20,000 nt of DNA from Chiloscyllium plagiosum. Lineage: Eukaryota. A program made the translations under genes and the position numbers. The notes under the pieces are model-generated. The model had not been told where the DNA came from. It searched no databases and saw only the letters and a program-made list of their open reading frames with translations. Location of the stretch: NCBI RefSeq assembly GCF_004010195.1, contig NC_057711.1:78550063-78570062 (forward strand), written 5' to 3'. Of this stretch, positions 1-11,029 are shown piece after piece. Position 1 is the stretch's first letter. Every line of letters starts with the position of its first letter.

Positions 1-352
1 CTTCCCCCACCTCACCCTAGTTCCAAACTTCCAGCTCAGCACTGTCCCCATGACTTGTCTGGACTTGTCCTACCTGCCTATCTCCTTTTCCACCTATCCA
101 CTCCACCCTCTCCTCCCTGACCTATCACCTTCATCCCCTCCCCCACTCACCCATTGTACTCTATGCTACTTTCTCCCCACCCCCACCCTCCTCTAGCTTA
201 TCTCTCCACACTTCAGGCTCACTGCCTTTATTCCTGATGAAGGGCTTTTGCCCGAAACGTCGATTTCGCTGCTCCTTGGATGCTGCCTGAACTGCTGTGC
301 TCTTCCAGCATCACTAATCCAGAATCTGGTTTCCAGCATCTGCAGTCATTGT
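1..352 (+). mobile_element. Penelope-like element (PLE) terminal region, family A, with hammerhead motif; runs off the window start
   Basis: Pyrimidine-rich tract, then CCTGATGAAGGGCTTTTGCCCGAAACGTCG and GGATGCTGCCTGAACTGCTGTGCTCTTCCAGCA...CCAGCATCTGCAGTC. The same module recurs at 10465-10560(-), 12434-12642, 12778-12846 and 14044-14133(-). Hammerhead-bearing terminal repeats are an established PLE feature. Confidence 0.75.
231..265 (+). ncRNA. Minimal type I hammerhead ribozyme (PLE-associated, dimer type)
   Basis: CUGAUGA 234-240; stem II GGGC(242-245)/UUUU/GCCC(250-253); GAAA 254-257; palindromic ACGU 257-260 as stem III; GUC triplet 259-261. Stem I is weak (C233-G262, U232-A263). Confidence 0.7.
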
Positions 353-360
353 TAATACCT

Positions 361-546
361 GGAATGAATAGATTGCCTTATGAGAAAGGACAAAACAGGC
401 TTGACCTGTATCCTCTGGAGATTAGAAAAGTCAGAGGTGACTTAATTGAAACATAAAACATCATCTCCTGATTTCTGAGGGTCTTTACTGGGTAGATGCT
501 GAAAGCACATTTCTTCTTGTGGGAGAATCAAGAACTAGGGGTCACA
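361..546 (+). mobile_element. CR1 LINE ORF2 C-terminal fragment (decayed)
   Basis: Translates GMNRLPYEKGQNRLDLYPLEIRKVRGDLIET*...SRTRGH, matching the CR1 motif 'L.LFSLE.RRLRGDLIE...TRGH' also seen in ORF 15000-15323. Confidence 0.8.
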
Positions 547-625
547 ACAAGCTTCCTCTGTGCTGGGTATGACCCCATCCAGTGGAGAGCCTTTCTCCTG
601 ATTCTCATTGACTCCAGTTTTTCTA
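547..625 (-). mobile_element. Short RT fragment of the second CR1/L2-group LINE family
   Basis: Reverse complement (AAAACTGGAGTCAATGAGAATCAGGAGAAAGG...GAGGAAGCTTGT) aligns by eye with about 3770-3845. Confidence 0.6.
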
Positions 626-820
626 ATGATAATGTCATCCTTGCATTTATATTTGAGGATGAATAGAATAGTAGAGGTATGGAGTAATCACATGGGTTTG
701 ATGGAATGGCATGGTTTAGGGATTTAATGAAGTATCATTCTACCAAAAATATTAATTTCATGGCAATTTTGCTACTCTATGTTGTTTTTTGCGTGATTAT
801 CTCTTACAAAATTGAAAAAC

Positions 821-905
821 AAATGTGGGTAACAGGCATTGAAGTATCCAATCAGCCATAATCGTATTAAATGGCAGAGAGCTTACCTTCCTATATTTCT
901 TACAT
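821..905 (+). mobile_element. CR1 3' UTR remnant
   Basis: ATCAGCCATAATCGTATTAAATGGCAGAG...CCTATATTTCTTACATT resembles CR1 3' tails. Recognised from memory and degraded. Confidence 0.45.
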
Positions 906-1855
906 TTTCACTTTTCTCCAGTTCAACATGTCATCATTACATTCATGTCGAGCAGAGGTGACAAAAAGATACATTAGACATCAACAACTCAGTAGAAGCA
1001 CATTTATATAAGTTTACCAGAGATTATGGGCCATTTTGAAAAGAGAAGATAGACTTGGAGGATGGATTACAGAGGAGATTTACATGGAGTTTAGGACACT
1101 TGGTTGTAACAGACTTTTGCATAGAAGCTCTGAAAGGAAACAGTTCATGGGAATTGCAAGCAAAAAAATAGAAATTTAATCAATGACGCAGAATATCAAC
1201 AGTGAAGAGGAATGTGGTTTCTGAGAACCTGAGTAGATGCAAGCATTAAAGAAAAAGTGGGGTGCTGCGAAGCTGTCCAGCAAAAGGTTTGGGCTCTGAA
1301 TATGGGCTTAGTACTGAATATTGACCTAGATCTGCAGATGGCCAAATTCAGAAGAATACTGCAATTGCTGTTCAGTGGCTCAATGAAGTTCCCCACCAGA
1401 ACACAGCAAAATTTCTTCACGGCAAGAACCAGAAATATTGACATGGAGGATTCATAGAAAAGGTACAGCTGAAGAGACTGTCCACATATTTCAGATAGAG
1501 TGTCCAGATTTGCTGTGGAACAGTAAGGTAGAATTAAATGCATCCATCAAATCTTTTGCCCATGGGTTGGCATATTTCAATTGGTTCCTATTTAAACCCT
1601 AAAACACTGAGTTCAAGTATTTTGTTTATATATTTTGAAGCTATTAAGTGTTTTCCCTCCTTCCTTCTGTCTTTTTTCTCTTTTTATACCTCTCTCTCTT
1701 TCAGCACATCTGTATCTTCTCTATCACTAGATATTTCGGTACCCACGTTTCATTTTCTCCCTTATTGTATTTCCCCTTCACCTAAATCTCTTGCTTTCCT
1801 CCCTTAAATATTCACTTTATTTCATGTTTATTTTTAGCTTACAAAGTTTTCTTCA

Positions 1856-2588
1856 ATGTGGAGGTGTCAGTATTGGACTGGGATGGACAAAGTTAAAAAT
1901 CACATAGCACCAGGTTATAGTCTAACAGGTTTATTTGGAAGTGCTAGCTTTTGGAACGCTGTTCCATCACCAGGTAGCTTTGATAGAGGATCATAAGACA
2001 TTGGATCAATAGCAAAAGTGTCATGCAACTGAAATGATGTATTGAACTAACCTAAATTCCTGTTAAGTCTTTCGTCTTTTAGAATGAGTTACAGGTATCG
2101 GTTCTTTAATATGTAAATCCCAGCATTTCTTTTAAGAATCCCACATTCCTGAGACGGATGGTTTTATAAAAAAAGGGTGACGTCTCAGCTCAGGCAATAC
2201 GTTAAAGGTGTGAGGTTAGAGCCTGTCTGTATCCCAATCTTGTGAGAGACTGGTTTTATTTTCAAAGTAGGAATTAATAAACTATTTCATGGATTGACTG
2301 CCTGTATTGACTGCCTGCACATTATGTGTTTTTTGAGCAAAATTGAATGATTCTGCAAATATAATTCTTCAAATGTAAATTCACCCCATAGATTTATATG
2401 TGTGTGCATGCATGCGTGTGAGAGAGAGAGTGTGTGTGCATGTGAGTGTGTGCATGTGAGTGCATGTGACAGAGTGTGTATTTGCGTGTCGCATACTTGG
2501 TAAAGTGTGTGTGTGAGTGTGATGGAGTATCCACCTATGAGAGGACATGTGCATGGGTGTGAGTATGGGATTGTATGTGTGTGTGTAT
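1856..2588 (-). mobile_element. Penelope-like element terminal region, family B (decayed hammerhead at 1942-1975), ending in a CA-rich tract
   Basis: 1856-1975 is the reverse complement of 10621-10743 (shared AAACCTGTT.GACTATAACCTGGTG.T.TGTGATTTTTAACTTTGT). The extension to 2588 is inferred. Confidence 0.65.
2397..2588. repeat. Degenerate (TG)n/(GA)n microsatellite
   Basis: Interrupted runs of TGTG, GAGA and TGCATG are directly visible. Confidence 0.9.
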
Positions 2589-2589
2589 G

Positions 2590-2920
2590 AACCTGACAGA
2601 AAAGATTGAAAGAGATTATAACTGGGATGAGAGGGGTCTTTGATGATGATGGCTGCCTTTCTGAGGCAGTGAGAAGTGTAGATCAAGTCATGGATGGATG
2701 GTTGGCTTGCTTGATGGACTAGGCTATGTTCATAATGCCCTGTAGTTTCTTACAGTCGTGAGCAGAGCAGTTTCCTGAGCAAACTGTGATGCATCCAGAT
2801 AGAATGTTTTCTGTGGTGCATCTGTAAAAGTTGATGAGAGTCTTTATTTCCTGAATTTCCTTAGCCTCCTGAGGAAGAAGAGGTGTTGTGCCTTCTCGAC
2901 TATCGGATCAAGGTGGGATT
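2590..2920 (-). mobile_element. Rex1/Babar-type LINE, ORF C-terminal fragment
   Basis: Minus strand reads HLFFLRRLRKF...TLINFYRCTTENILSGCITVCSGNCSAHDCKKLQ...IYTSHCLRKAAIIIKDPSHPSYNLFQSFLSG, the typical Rex1/Babar C-terminus. Confidence 0.8.
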
Positions 2921-3040
2921 GCAACAACCTTCAGCCAGAAGTGCCAAGTGAATTATCCATCTTGGCCTCTTCTAAAGGTTTCCAGCATCATAGATGCCAG
3001 TGTACAGCCAATTCTATTTCTCCATATAATGGAAAGAAAC

Positions 3041-3350
3041 AGATTAGATTAGACAGTGTGGAAACAGGCCCTTCGGCCCAACAAGTTCACACCGACCATC
3101 CGAAGAGTAACCCACCCAGATCCATTTCCCTCTAACTAATGCATCTAATACTATGGGCAATTTAGCATGGCCAATTCACCTGACTGGCACATCTTTGGAC
3201 TGTGGGAGGAAACCGGAGCACCCGGAGGAAACCCATGCAGGCACGGGGAGAATGTGCAAACTCCACACAGCCAGTTGCCCAAGGATGAAATCGAACCTGG
3301 GTTCCTGGTGCTGTGAGGCGGCAGTGCTAATCACTGAGTCATCGTGCCAC
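3041..3350 (-). mobile_element. HE1-type V-SINE (tRNA-derived), near full length
   Basis: Reverse complement has a tRNA-like head, the V-domain CTGTGTGGAGTTTGCACATTCTCCCCGTG...GGGTTTCCTCCGGGTGCTCCGGTTTCCTCCCACAGTCC, and tail GGGCCGAAGGGCCTGTTTCCACACTGT(CTAAT)n. Paralogous to 11130-11440. Confidence 0.9.
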
Positions 3351-3484
3351 TCTGTTCGTCTGAAGGCCACTGGCCATGACACCATTCCTACAGTAACACT
3401 GAACACTGAATACGTGTCATGTGCCTAGCCAAACTGTTCCAGCGCAGCAAGAATATTGAATTCTATCTGACAATGGGGATAATT

Positions 3485-4457
3485 ATCCAATATGTCCTGT
3501 ACACTTAAATTGAAACAATTCTAACAATTATTACCCCGTCATTGTACTCTCGGTCATCAGTAAGGTGATAGAGAGTGTTATCAACAGTGCTTTCAGGCAG
3601 TAATTGCTTAGCTATAACCTGCTCACAGATGTTCAGTTTAAGTTCCGCCAAGACCACTCATCTCCTGATTTCATTACAGCCTTAATTCAAACATGGTTGA
3701 AAGAGTTGGATTTCACAGGGAAGGTTAAAATGACTGCATTCAACCAAATGTGACATCAAAGAACCTGAGCAAAACTGGACTCAATAGGAATCAAGGAAAA
3801 CTCTTCTGGAAGAAGTCATAATTGGCACGAAGAAAGATGGTTGTGATGGTCAGAAGTCAGTTATCTCAGCTCCGAGACATCTTTGCATGAGGTCCTCAGG
3901 GTAGAAACTCTCTTTGCCCACCCATCAATGACCTTCCCCCCCCATCGTAAAGTTAGAAATGGGAATGTTTACTGATGACTGCACAATGTTTAGCATTATT
4001 TGTGACTCCATAAATACTGAAGCAGTCGATGTGCAAATGCAGCAAGGCCTGGACAATATCCAGGTTTGGGCTGCAAAGTGGTAAATAACATCTGCACCAT
4101 ACAAGTACCAGGCAATGACTATTTGTAACAAGGCCATTTGTAGAATCTAACTATCATCCTTGATGTTCTGTTGCATTACCATCACAGAATCCCCCAACAT
4201 CAACATCATGTCATTGGTCAGAAACTGATCTGAGCTATCCATAGATATTATGTGGTTATAAAGCAGGTCAGGGGCTAGGAATGATACAATGAGTAACTTA
4301 CCTCCTGATGTCTCAAACCCATCCATCATCTAGAAGACACAAATGTGGCCTGTGATGGAACACACCCTGTTTGACGGGATGTGTGCAGCTCTGAATAACT
4401 TAAGAAGTTTGACATCATGTAGGACAAAGCAACCCATTTAATTGGCACCACATCCAA
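3485..4457 (+). mobile_element. CR1/L2-group LINE RT region (decayed, second family)
   Basis: Reads LSVISKVIESVINSAFRQ*LLSYNLLTDVQFKFRQDHS ... GPQG ... MFTDDCTMF (RT motifs) with stops and frameshifts. Homologous to 4636-4880 and 9060-9975(-). Confidence 0.8.
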
Positions 4458-4635
4458 GGTGACAGCAGTGGAGCAGCAGCGTTTGGACCCGAATCCTGAG
4501 CTCGTGATTCATCCGCTTCTGTCTGCCTTTCTATGTTTTCCCCTTTTTTCCTCTTTCTTTTACTTTTACTGTTTCTTTTTTCCCTTTTTTGGCAGGAGAG
4601 GTTTCTTTCGATCAGAAGTTAGGAAGGTTGCAGTG

Positions 4636-4880
4636 GGTAACTCACCTCCTGACTCCCTGAAGCCTGTCCACAAAAAGTGGACAGTAAAGCAAGACACAAG
4701 TCAGGAGTGTGATGGAATACTCCCCACTTGCCTGGATGGGTGCAAACCCAACAACACTTAAGAAGCTTGACACCATCCAGGACAAAGCAGCCCGCTTGAA
4801 TCGCACCACATCCACAAATTTCCACTCCCTCAATATTCAGTACCTACAGGGTATACTATCTATAACATGCACTGCAGAAA
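4636..4880 (+). mobile_element. Second 3' fragment of the same LINE family
   Basis: MEYSPLAWMGANPTTLKKLDTIQDKAARL; repeats the segment at about 4272-4457. Confidence 0.8.
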
Positions 4881-4899
4881 TTCCCCATTATTGGTGGGA

Positions 4900-5500
4900 A
4901 TCACTCACGAATGAGCATGGTTGAAATTCTGTGTCACTGGTCATGAGTTCTATAGGTCCTTGTGTGGCTAATGTGCCTGATCCTAGAGCGCATTTCCAAC
5001 TAGAGATTTGGTAGTTAGTTCCAAGAAGTGGAAATGGTCCTTGTCATTGAGATTGTTGGCATTCTTTTCTCTGGTTCCTTTTCTGTACTTCTTGCTGACT
5101 GGTATCCTCAAAAAATTGTATCCTTCATACAGGAGTTTCCTTCAAGTTAGTTTCTTCTGAACAAGGGTCTCCCATACATTAACAAAAGTGTTGTATTTTT
5201 TGAGGGAAGTCTTCAAGGAGTCTTTGAAACACTTTTTGTTTTATCCTCCTCTCATTCAAGTGCCTTCCTTAAGCTGGGTGAGGAAGATTTACTTTGGTAG
5301 TCGGAACTTAGGCATTCTAATCAAGTGGCTGACCCAATGGATTTGGCTTTGGATGATTCTGGTCTTGATGCTGGAGCTATTAGCTGCTTTAAGATATGCT
5401 TGTCCTGTCAACTGATGCAGATAATCTGTCTCAAACATCATTTATGGTATTTCTGCAGAGTCTTGAGATCGCATCTATGCGTAGTCTAAGTTTTGGAGCC
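4900..5500 (-). mobile_element. RTE-clade LINE 3' fragment
   Basis: Minus strand reads IIQSQIHWVSHLIRMPKFRLPK*IFLTQLKEGT*MRGG*NKKCFKDSLKTSLKKYN (RTE 'LRW.GHV.RM...RLPK...G.R..GG...R.KD' motif), then SRIRHISHTRTY near 4950-4990. Confidence 0.8.
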
Positions 5501-6878
5501 ATTTGAAGATACAGAAGGATGATCAAGATGAGTAGTGGGCAGTTCTGGGACTTCAAAGAGGCATATAAGCATATAGTGCCATGCACACCAAAGACTACCA
5601 GGATTTTTGGTGGGGAGGCAGGGAAGGATCAGGCATCCTGGCAGGGGAGGCAAACAATGTGGGGATGTTCATGTTTTGGAAAGGCAAAAATTGGGGATGA
5701 TATATGGAATAAGGGGAGAGGATCATTTCTGATGTGCACAGAGCACCCACAAAGAAGGCACACTCCTTCCTAATCATCCATTCACCAACTTTGGAAAGGA
5801 AGTGGCCTCTCTACACTTGTCTGGCTTCTACTGTATCAAGTATATGGCAGTGAAGATGAACTGAGGTCTGTAATCAGCCATTGAATGTCATTTTTGGGCC
5901 CTCATTTGGCTTATAAGTGGACAGTCTAGTTGTGTCTTATCTATTAACTGTATTATGGGGAATATATATGGATGGACTGGAAGGTAGTGTGCTAGGTACC
6001 TGTAAATTTTACATTCTCTGTCACAGAAAACATGCTTGGCAATATGGCGAAGGATTAGAGGGCACAAGATCCGGCCTTTGGATTTTGCTTACTTTCCCAC
6101 GATCAACATTTAGAGTTGCTCATTATTTATTTGGATGTGCTTTTGTCCGCTAGCTTGGAACAATCATTCTGATTGACCAAACAGAATACAATATTAGCTT
6201 CCCATTCCAATTCAATTTTGCCAGAGTGCTAATGTACATGATTCCATCTCTTCATGTGCCATGTTGGCAGATAAGCAATAACCAGTAATGAGCAAAGCTC
6301 ACAGCTTTGAGATTTAAATTTACATGCATCACTAAGCCTGTTCTTAATTTAGATGTTCCAATAATAGCTAATGTATTTGGTAATGTTGTTTAGTCCTATT
6401 TTAGGTGATTTTCCCCCCTATACTTTCTCATAAAGTATGTAACTATGTATAATATCTGCTATGTTCATGACCATCCTAATTCATTCATAGTCCTTCCTAG
6501 AATTTGCCATTGCTCCTACAATGGAGTCATCAGGAAATTTCAATATAGTTCCCTAAACCTCCAAAAACAAATCACTATGTAAATAATAAATAAGAATGAT
6601 AATAACTCAGATATCATGTTTCCTTAAGAAATAGTTTTACTTGTGCTATCCGTTAAATTAAATGTCTTAATTAGGTGCCATATTTCAATGTTTCAAACAT
6701 GAACTCGCACTTGTTTAAAACCACATCCTGAAGGAAACAAAGCTAAAAAAAAGCCAAAATAAATTGGCTTATGCAGAGGAGAGATTAGAGAAAGATTTAC
6801 ATTAACTTATTACAACTATTCAAGATATGACATGATTTAAGACATTGTAGGTTAATTTGTATTTTATTGTTTGTTCGA

Positions 6879-7012
6879 AGGATTTGGATGTCATTGGCAA
6901 GGTCCCTTATAATTCCAAATGCTCAGTGCAGTGAAGTGACTGTTTGGTTCATCTTGAACCTTTACAATGCTTGTGGTGACAGTGACCTCATGATAATGTT
7001 AAGTTAGGAATT
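6879..7012 (-). mobile_element. Very degraded 3' end of the second LINE family
   Basis: Loose similarity to 9060-9170 (TGTGGTGACAG...ATGTTAAGTTAGGAATTC versus TTGGTGTAGGT...CTGTTAGGGAGAGAATTC). Confidence 0.35.
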
Positions 7013-9059
7013 CTATTTTTTATTGCTATCTTTCTTGTCAAACAAAATCATTAATATAGAGAATTTCAGGAAAAAGACATGAAAACAAAAGCAATGGCGT
7101 ATCAAAATGTTATTGTATTCACAATCTGTCAAATAATATCTGCATGAAATATACATGCAAATCAGGAAAATTTATATCCCATGCAAACATTGAAAGCAAA
7201 CCATCGTTATATTTCATTTCATGTGAATACTATGGAGAGGGATGAGTGGGAACTGGAGAGTGGAGGTAGAAAAAGCAAAAGTACTGCTTTGTTTGTTAAC
7301 CCCTGTGATGGCATGTGAACTAGCAAACATTTTCTTGCAATATCTAGGAGAACTCAAGAATCCTTTAAAATCTGTGAGAAAATGTTTAAAATTAACTACG
7401 GGCTATTTCTAATTCTTCAATGGGTTCTTACACATTTTCTGATCATTTTTGTTCTACTTGCCAATTCCAAGGTGCAGAAGCAAAAGGAATTACAGGAAAC
7501 TGGATTTACTGAATGCCTTTGCACAGTTGGAACATTTGCTGAAACAAGTTACATGTGACATGGCATTTTAAACAATATGCATATAACGATGAATCTATTA
7601 ATCACTATGTAGCCACCTTGTGGGAAAGTCACGTCAATCAACTTTTGGATTATGATAGAAAAATTTATTTGAGAAAAAATTATTAGAAAAGATAGATACT
7701 TCATGTTTGTGAATTGTTACTTGTGAAAGTCATTTCATGTTATTATCTCTTGACTATGAAGCTAATCAAGCAAAACTCCAAGACATTTATCTAATTTTGT
7801 AATTTAGATTGTTCAAGCCTATCAAGATATTTGTTCACTATACAAACTATAACAAAAATATTTTCTTCCAACTCATCCAAATGGAAAAAAATGGCTATGC
7901 TATTTTACAATTTTCACTCACAATTCAGAAAGAGCATCAACTATTATTCCTGGCAGTCAGTTTCACATATTCATCATACTGGGGAAGCATGAAATTCTGC
8001 ATTCCCCCCCCCCCCCCCCCGATCTTGCTTGTGACTTGTTAATGTTTGTGGAGAAATTCAATCATGCAGCGAACTTTTCCAGGCATCAGAATCCTTGTAG
8101 TGAGTTGTAGTGTTGATGTAAGAAAAAACTAATTCACGTTTAGAGTCACACTTCAAACAGGGTCAAATTTTCAATGTTACTTCCACATTCAAGGCAGTTC
8201 CTCAATGTTGGTGAGTGAGCAAAGAACTTGGGTCCATTTGTGTCAATGCATAGACTAATTTATAACAAAATCTGTTTGTAAGTAAAAGCAATAAAACCTA
8301 TAAAACAAGTAAATACATACAAGGATGACATGTAGGAAAGATGAAAAGATACCTACTCAAAAACGTGAAATTTAGTTCAGTTTATTAAAATGTTATTTAT
8401 TTAAATAGCTTGCAATTGGAATGCTGATTGTCTGTACTGAATACTTGAAGTGTGGTGCTTGACAAATGTAATGTCTTCTATGTTTGAATAGTTAAAGTTT
8501 ACCATTGGTGGAATCAGTGACCGAAGGTCCCTTTTCCTTACTGGTCCTGCTAGTATGACTCTTCAAAAAAGCTTGGACTCCTTTTCAGCACAATAGGGAT
8601 GCTTTCTGGACACCTTCCTTTTTAACACCCAGTTGCAGGTAGGAAACCAAACTCCCACATGCTGTTCACAGTTAATTCAGCTGACAGTGGTCACTGGAGC
8701 TGACTTCACATGTTCCCCTGAGATAGTTAGACTTCTATGCAATTCAAAACTCAATTTGGCTGCTCTCCCAAACTATTATGCTTGCAGATTAAGTAAAAGC
8801 TCGCCCAGGATTTGACCACAGCACCATTCATTGTCATGTAACATTTTAACTGTCTCAGCCATGACCTTAAAAGCTTCCATTATTAAGGTTTGCTGAGGTA
8901 TGATAGAGCAAGACATGCATCCAGCAAGGCAATTATTTATGAGATTTCACTCTTTGAAATGCTCATTGAATTTCAAATGTTTCTTGTGATCATTCTTGAG
9001 AAAAGTATGTTCTGATTCCTATCATGGTTGATTCAACAAAATAATTCAATTGAAATTCC

Positions 9060-9975
9060 TTAATTCATTATTGCCTATTCCTGTTGCTCGCAAGGTAGTA
9101 TTATTTCCTCTGCAGATCATTTGGTGTAGGTACACCAACAACACTGTTAGGGAGAGAATTCCAGGATTTTGATTCAGCAACATTGAAGGAATAGTGAAAT
9201 ATTTCCAAGTCAGGATGGTGACTGGCTTGGAAACATATTGAAGGAAAACTTCCAAATGTTGGTGTTCTCATGTATATGGTGCCCTTGACTTACTGGTTGG
9301 TAGTGGGTGTGGGTTTGCATGGTACTGCTGGAGGAGCAATAATGAATCCCTGCAGTGCATCTTGTAGTTTATACATGCTGCATGAAAGGTGGAGGGACTG
9401 AATGATTATGGATATGCAGTCTGTTTTATCCAGGATAGCGTCTTGCTTCATGGGTGATGTTGGAGCTGCACTCATCCAGGCAAGTGGGAAGTATTCCATC
9501 CCATCCCTGACATGCGCTCGCAGATGGACAGGCTTTGGGGTGTTAGGAATTCAGTTACTAAACGTTGACCAGCTTTTGTAGTCACATGATTTATAGGACT
9601 GGTCCAGTTCAATTTCTGGTCAATAGCAACCGCAAGGATGTTGATAGTGGTGGATTCAGCAATGGTAGTTCCATTGAATGATAAGGTGCAACGGTTAGAT
9701 TCTCTCTTGTTGTGATTGCTATTGCTTAGCACTTATGTGGCACAAATGTTACTTGTCACTGGTCAGTCCAAGTCTGGATATTGTCCAGCCTCTTGCTGCA
9801 TTTGGACAAGGATTGCTTCAGTATGTGAGCAGGTGTGAATGGTGTTAAACATTGTAGAATCATCAGCAAACTTAACCACTTCTGACCTTCTGATACAAGA
9901 ATGATCATTGATAAACCAGCTGTAGATGGTTGGGCCTGGCATTATTCTGACTAATTCTTGAAGTGATGTCCTGTG
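9060..9975 (-). mobile_element. CR1/L2-group LINE 3' portion (second family)
   Basis: Minus ORFs give GPTIYSWFINDHSCIRRSEVVKFADDST, INILAVAIDQKLNWTSPINHVTTKAGQRL and MEYFPLAWMSAAPT, colinear with 3900-4457. Confidence 0.85.
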
Positions 9976-10464
9976 TTGCCAAATAACTAGAGGCCCAAAA
10001 TTGGACATTCTAAATTGACCCATAGCCAGAAAAATTGGGCCTGACAGAAAATTAACTAAATAAATTAAACAGCAGTCATTAGCAACAGCTACAGACAACA
10101 ATCGAAACCAAGGTCAAAGAGTTACAAAGGTTCTGGGGAACCACTTACAACCAGCTCAAGAGTTGTGCATTGGAGAAGAATCAATCAGATTTTCTGGCAC
10201 CTTGACTTCCAGCCACCGTCTGAGGATGTTTACTTTACATCTCCCTGGTATTGCAACAGTGAAGAATGTTGGTGTGAGCCCATTAGATGCTTTAAACTTT
10301 GTTCATGATCCCATTGGCCAAAGGATACAAAACATTCTAGAAGGTTCAGATGAGGGAGGATAAAAACACACATCATGAAGCTACTCTCTCCGTGAAGACT
10401 CTCAGCAAGAATTGTAGCGGACGATTGCGTGGCAACCCAGGAAGACCGAGGAGAAGGTCCAACC

Positions 10465-10790
10465 TCAAGATTAGAGTGGTGCTGGGAAAGTACAGCAGGT
10501 CAGGCAGCATCCGAGGAGCAGGAAAATTGATGTTTCAGGCAGGATCCCTTCATCAGGAATGAGGCTCATCACACTGCAAATTTTTGCTATAAATTCTGTT
10601 ACGATCGAGCCCTCCACAATCACCTGATGAAGGAGCGTCACTCCGAAAGCTAGTGTGCTTCCAATTAAACCTGTTGGACTATAACCTGGTGTTGTGTGAT
10701 TTTTAACTTTGTACTCCCCAGTCCAACACCGGCATCTCCAAATCACTCTAATCTTGACTTTGATCTCCAACATCTGCAGTTCTCACTTTT
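10465..10790. mobile_element. Composite PLE-derived insertion: family A (-), family B (+), then family A tail (+)
   Basis: 10465-10560 is inverted family A with a decayed hammerhead. About 10561-10743 is family B with an intact hammerhead. 10744-10790 is the family A tail. Perfect 14-bp inverted repeat TCAAGATTAGAGTG (10465-10478) / CACTCTAATCTTGA (10744-10757). Confidence 0.75.
10621..10655 (+). ncRNA. Minimal type I hammerhead ribozyme, intact core
   Basis: Stem I CAC(10621-10623)/GUG(10653-10655); CUGAUGA 10624-10630; stem II GGAG/CGUCA/CUCC 10632-10644; GAAA 10645-10648; palindrome AGCU 10648-10651; predicted cleavage after A10652. Confidence 0.8.
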
Positions 10791-11029
10791 GCCTCGAAGT
10801 TCCAGCCTGACTTACGAGACTCACCTTTGTGGAAAAGAGCCAGTCTTCCATCAGAGAGGAAGGAGATTCGAATGGCCCAGCTCAAACATGTGGATCATTG
10901 CAGGTAATATCCTTTCTCAGATGGATAGAGCTAGAGAGTAGATATTGTGTGATCTGGGAAATACTCACATGTTTTTAACATTTAAAATTAATGTTAATGT
11001 CACTGAGCACTATGATCTATTTGCCTTAC

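Noticed and set aside
922..1528. Purine-rich, coding-looking stretch after an acceptor-like TTTTCACTTTTCTCCAG, including ORFs 1196-1543(-) and 1257-1457(+)
   Set aside because: The best long frame has about 7 stops in about 170 codons and no recognisable motif, so it is not distinguishable from non-coding DNA.
1538..1807. Hydrophobic Phe/Ser/Leu ORF resembling a membrane protein (similarly 4459-4761, 18805-19083, 18933-19142)
   Set aside because: Arises from pyrimidine- or T-rich low-complexity sequence.
2381..2686. His/Thr-rich 101-aa ORF
   Set aside because: Fusion of a Rex1/Babar remnant with a translated (CA)n microsatellite.
3153..3428. Paralogous ORFs containing GNLAWPIHLT...CGRK.EHPEETHA.TGRMCKLHT (also 11174-11419)
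   Set aside because: Antisense translations of the HE1 SINE, not a protein family.
8004..8020. Poly-C run encoding a polyproline stretch in ORF 7809-8042
   Set aside because: Simple homopolymer; the ORF has no other support.
8160..8900. Possible decayed solo LTR
   Set aside because: Only a compositional impression; no termini, TSD or second copy in the window.
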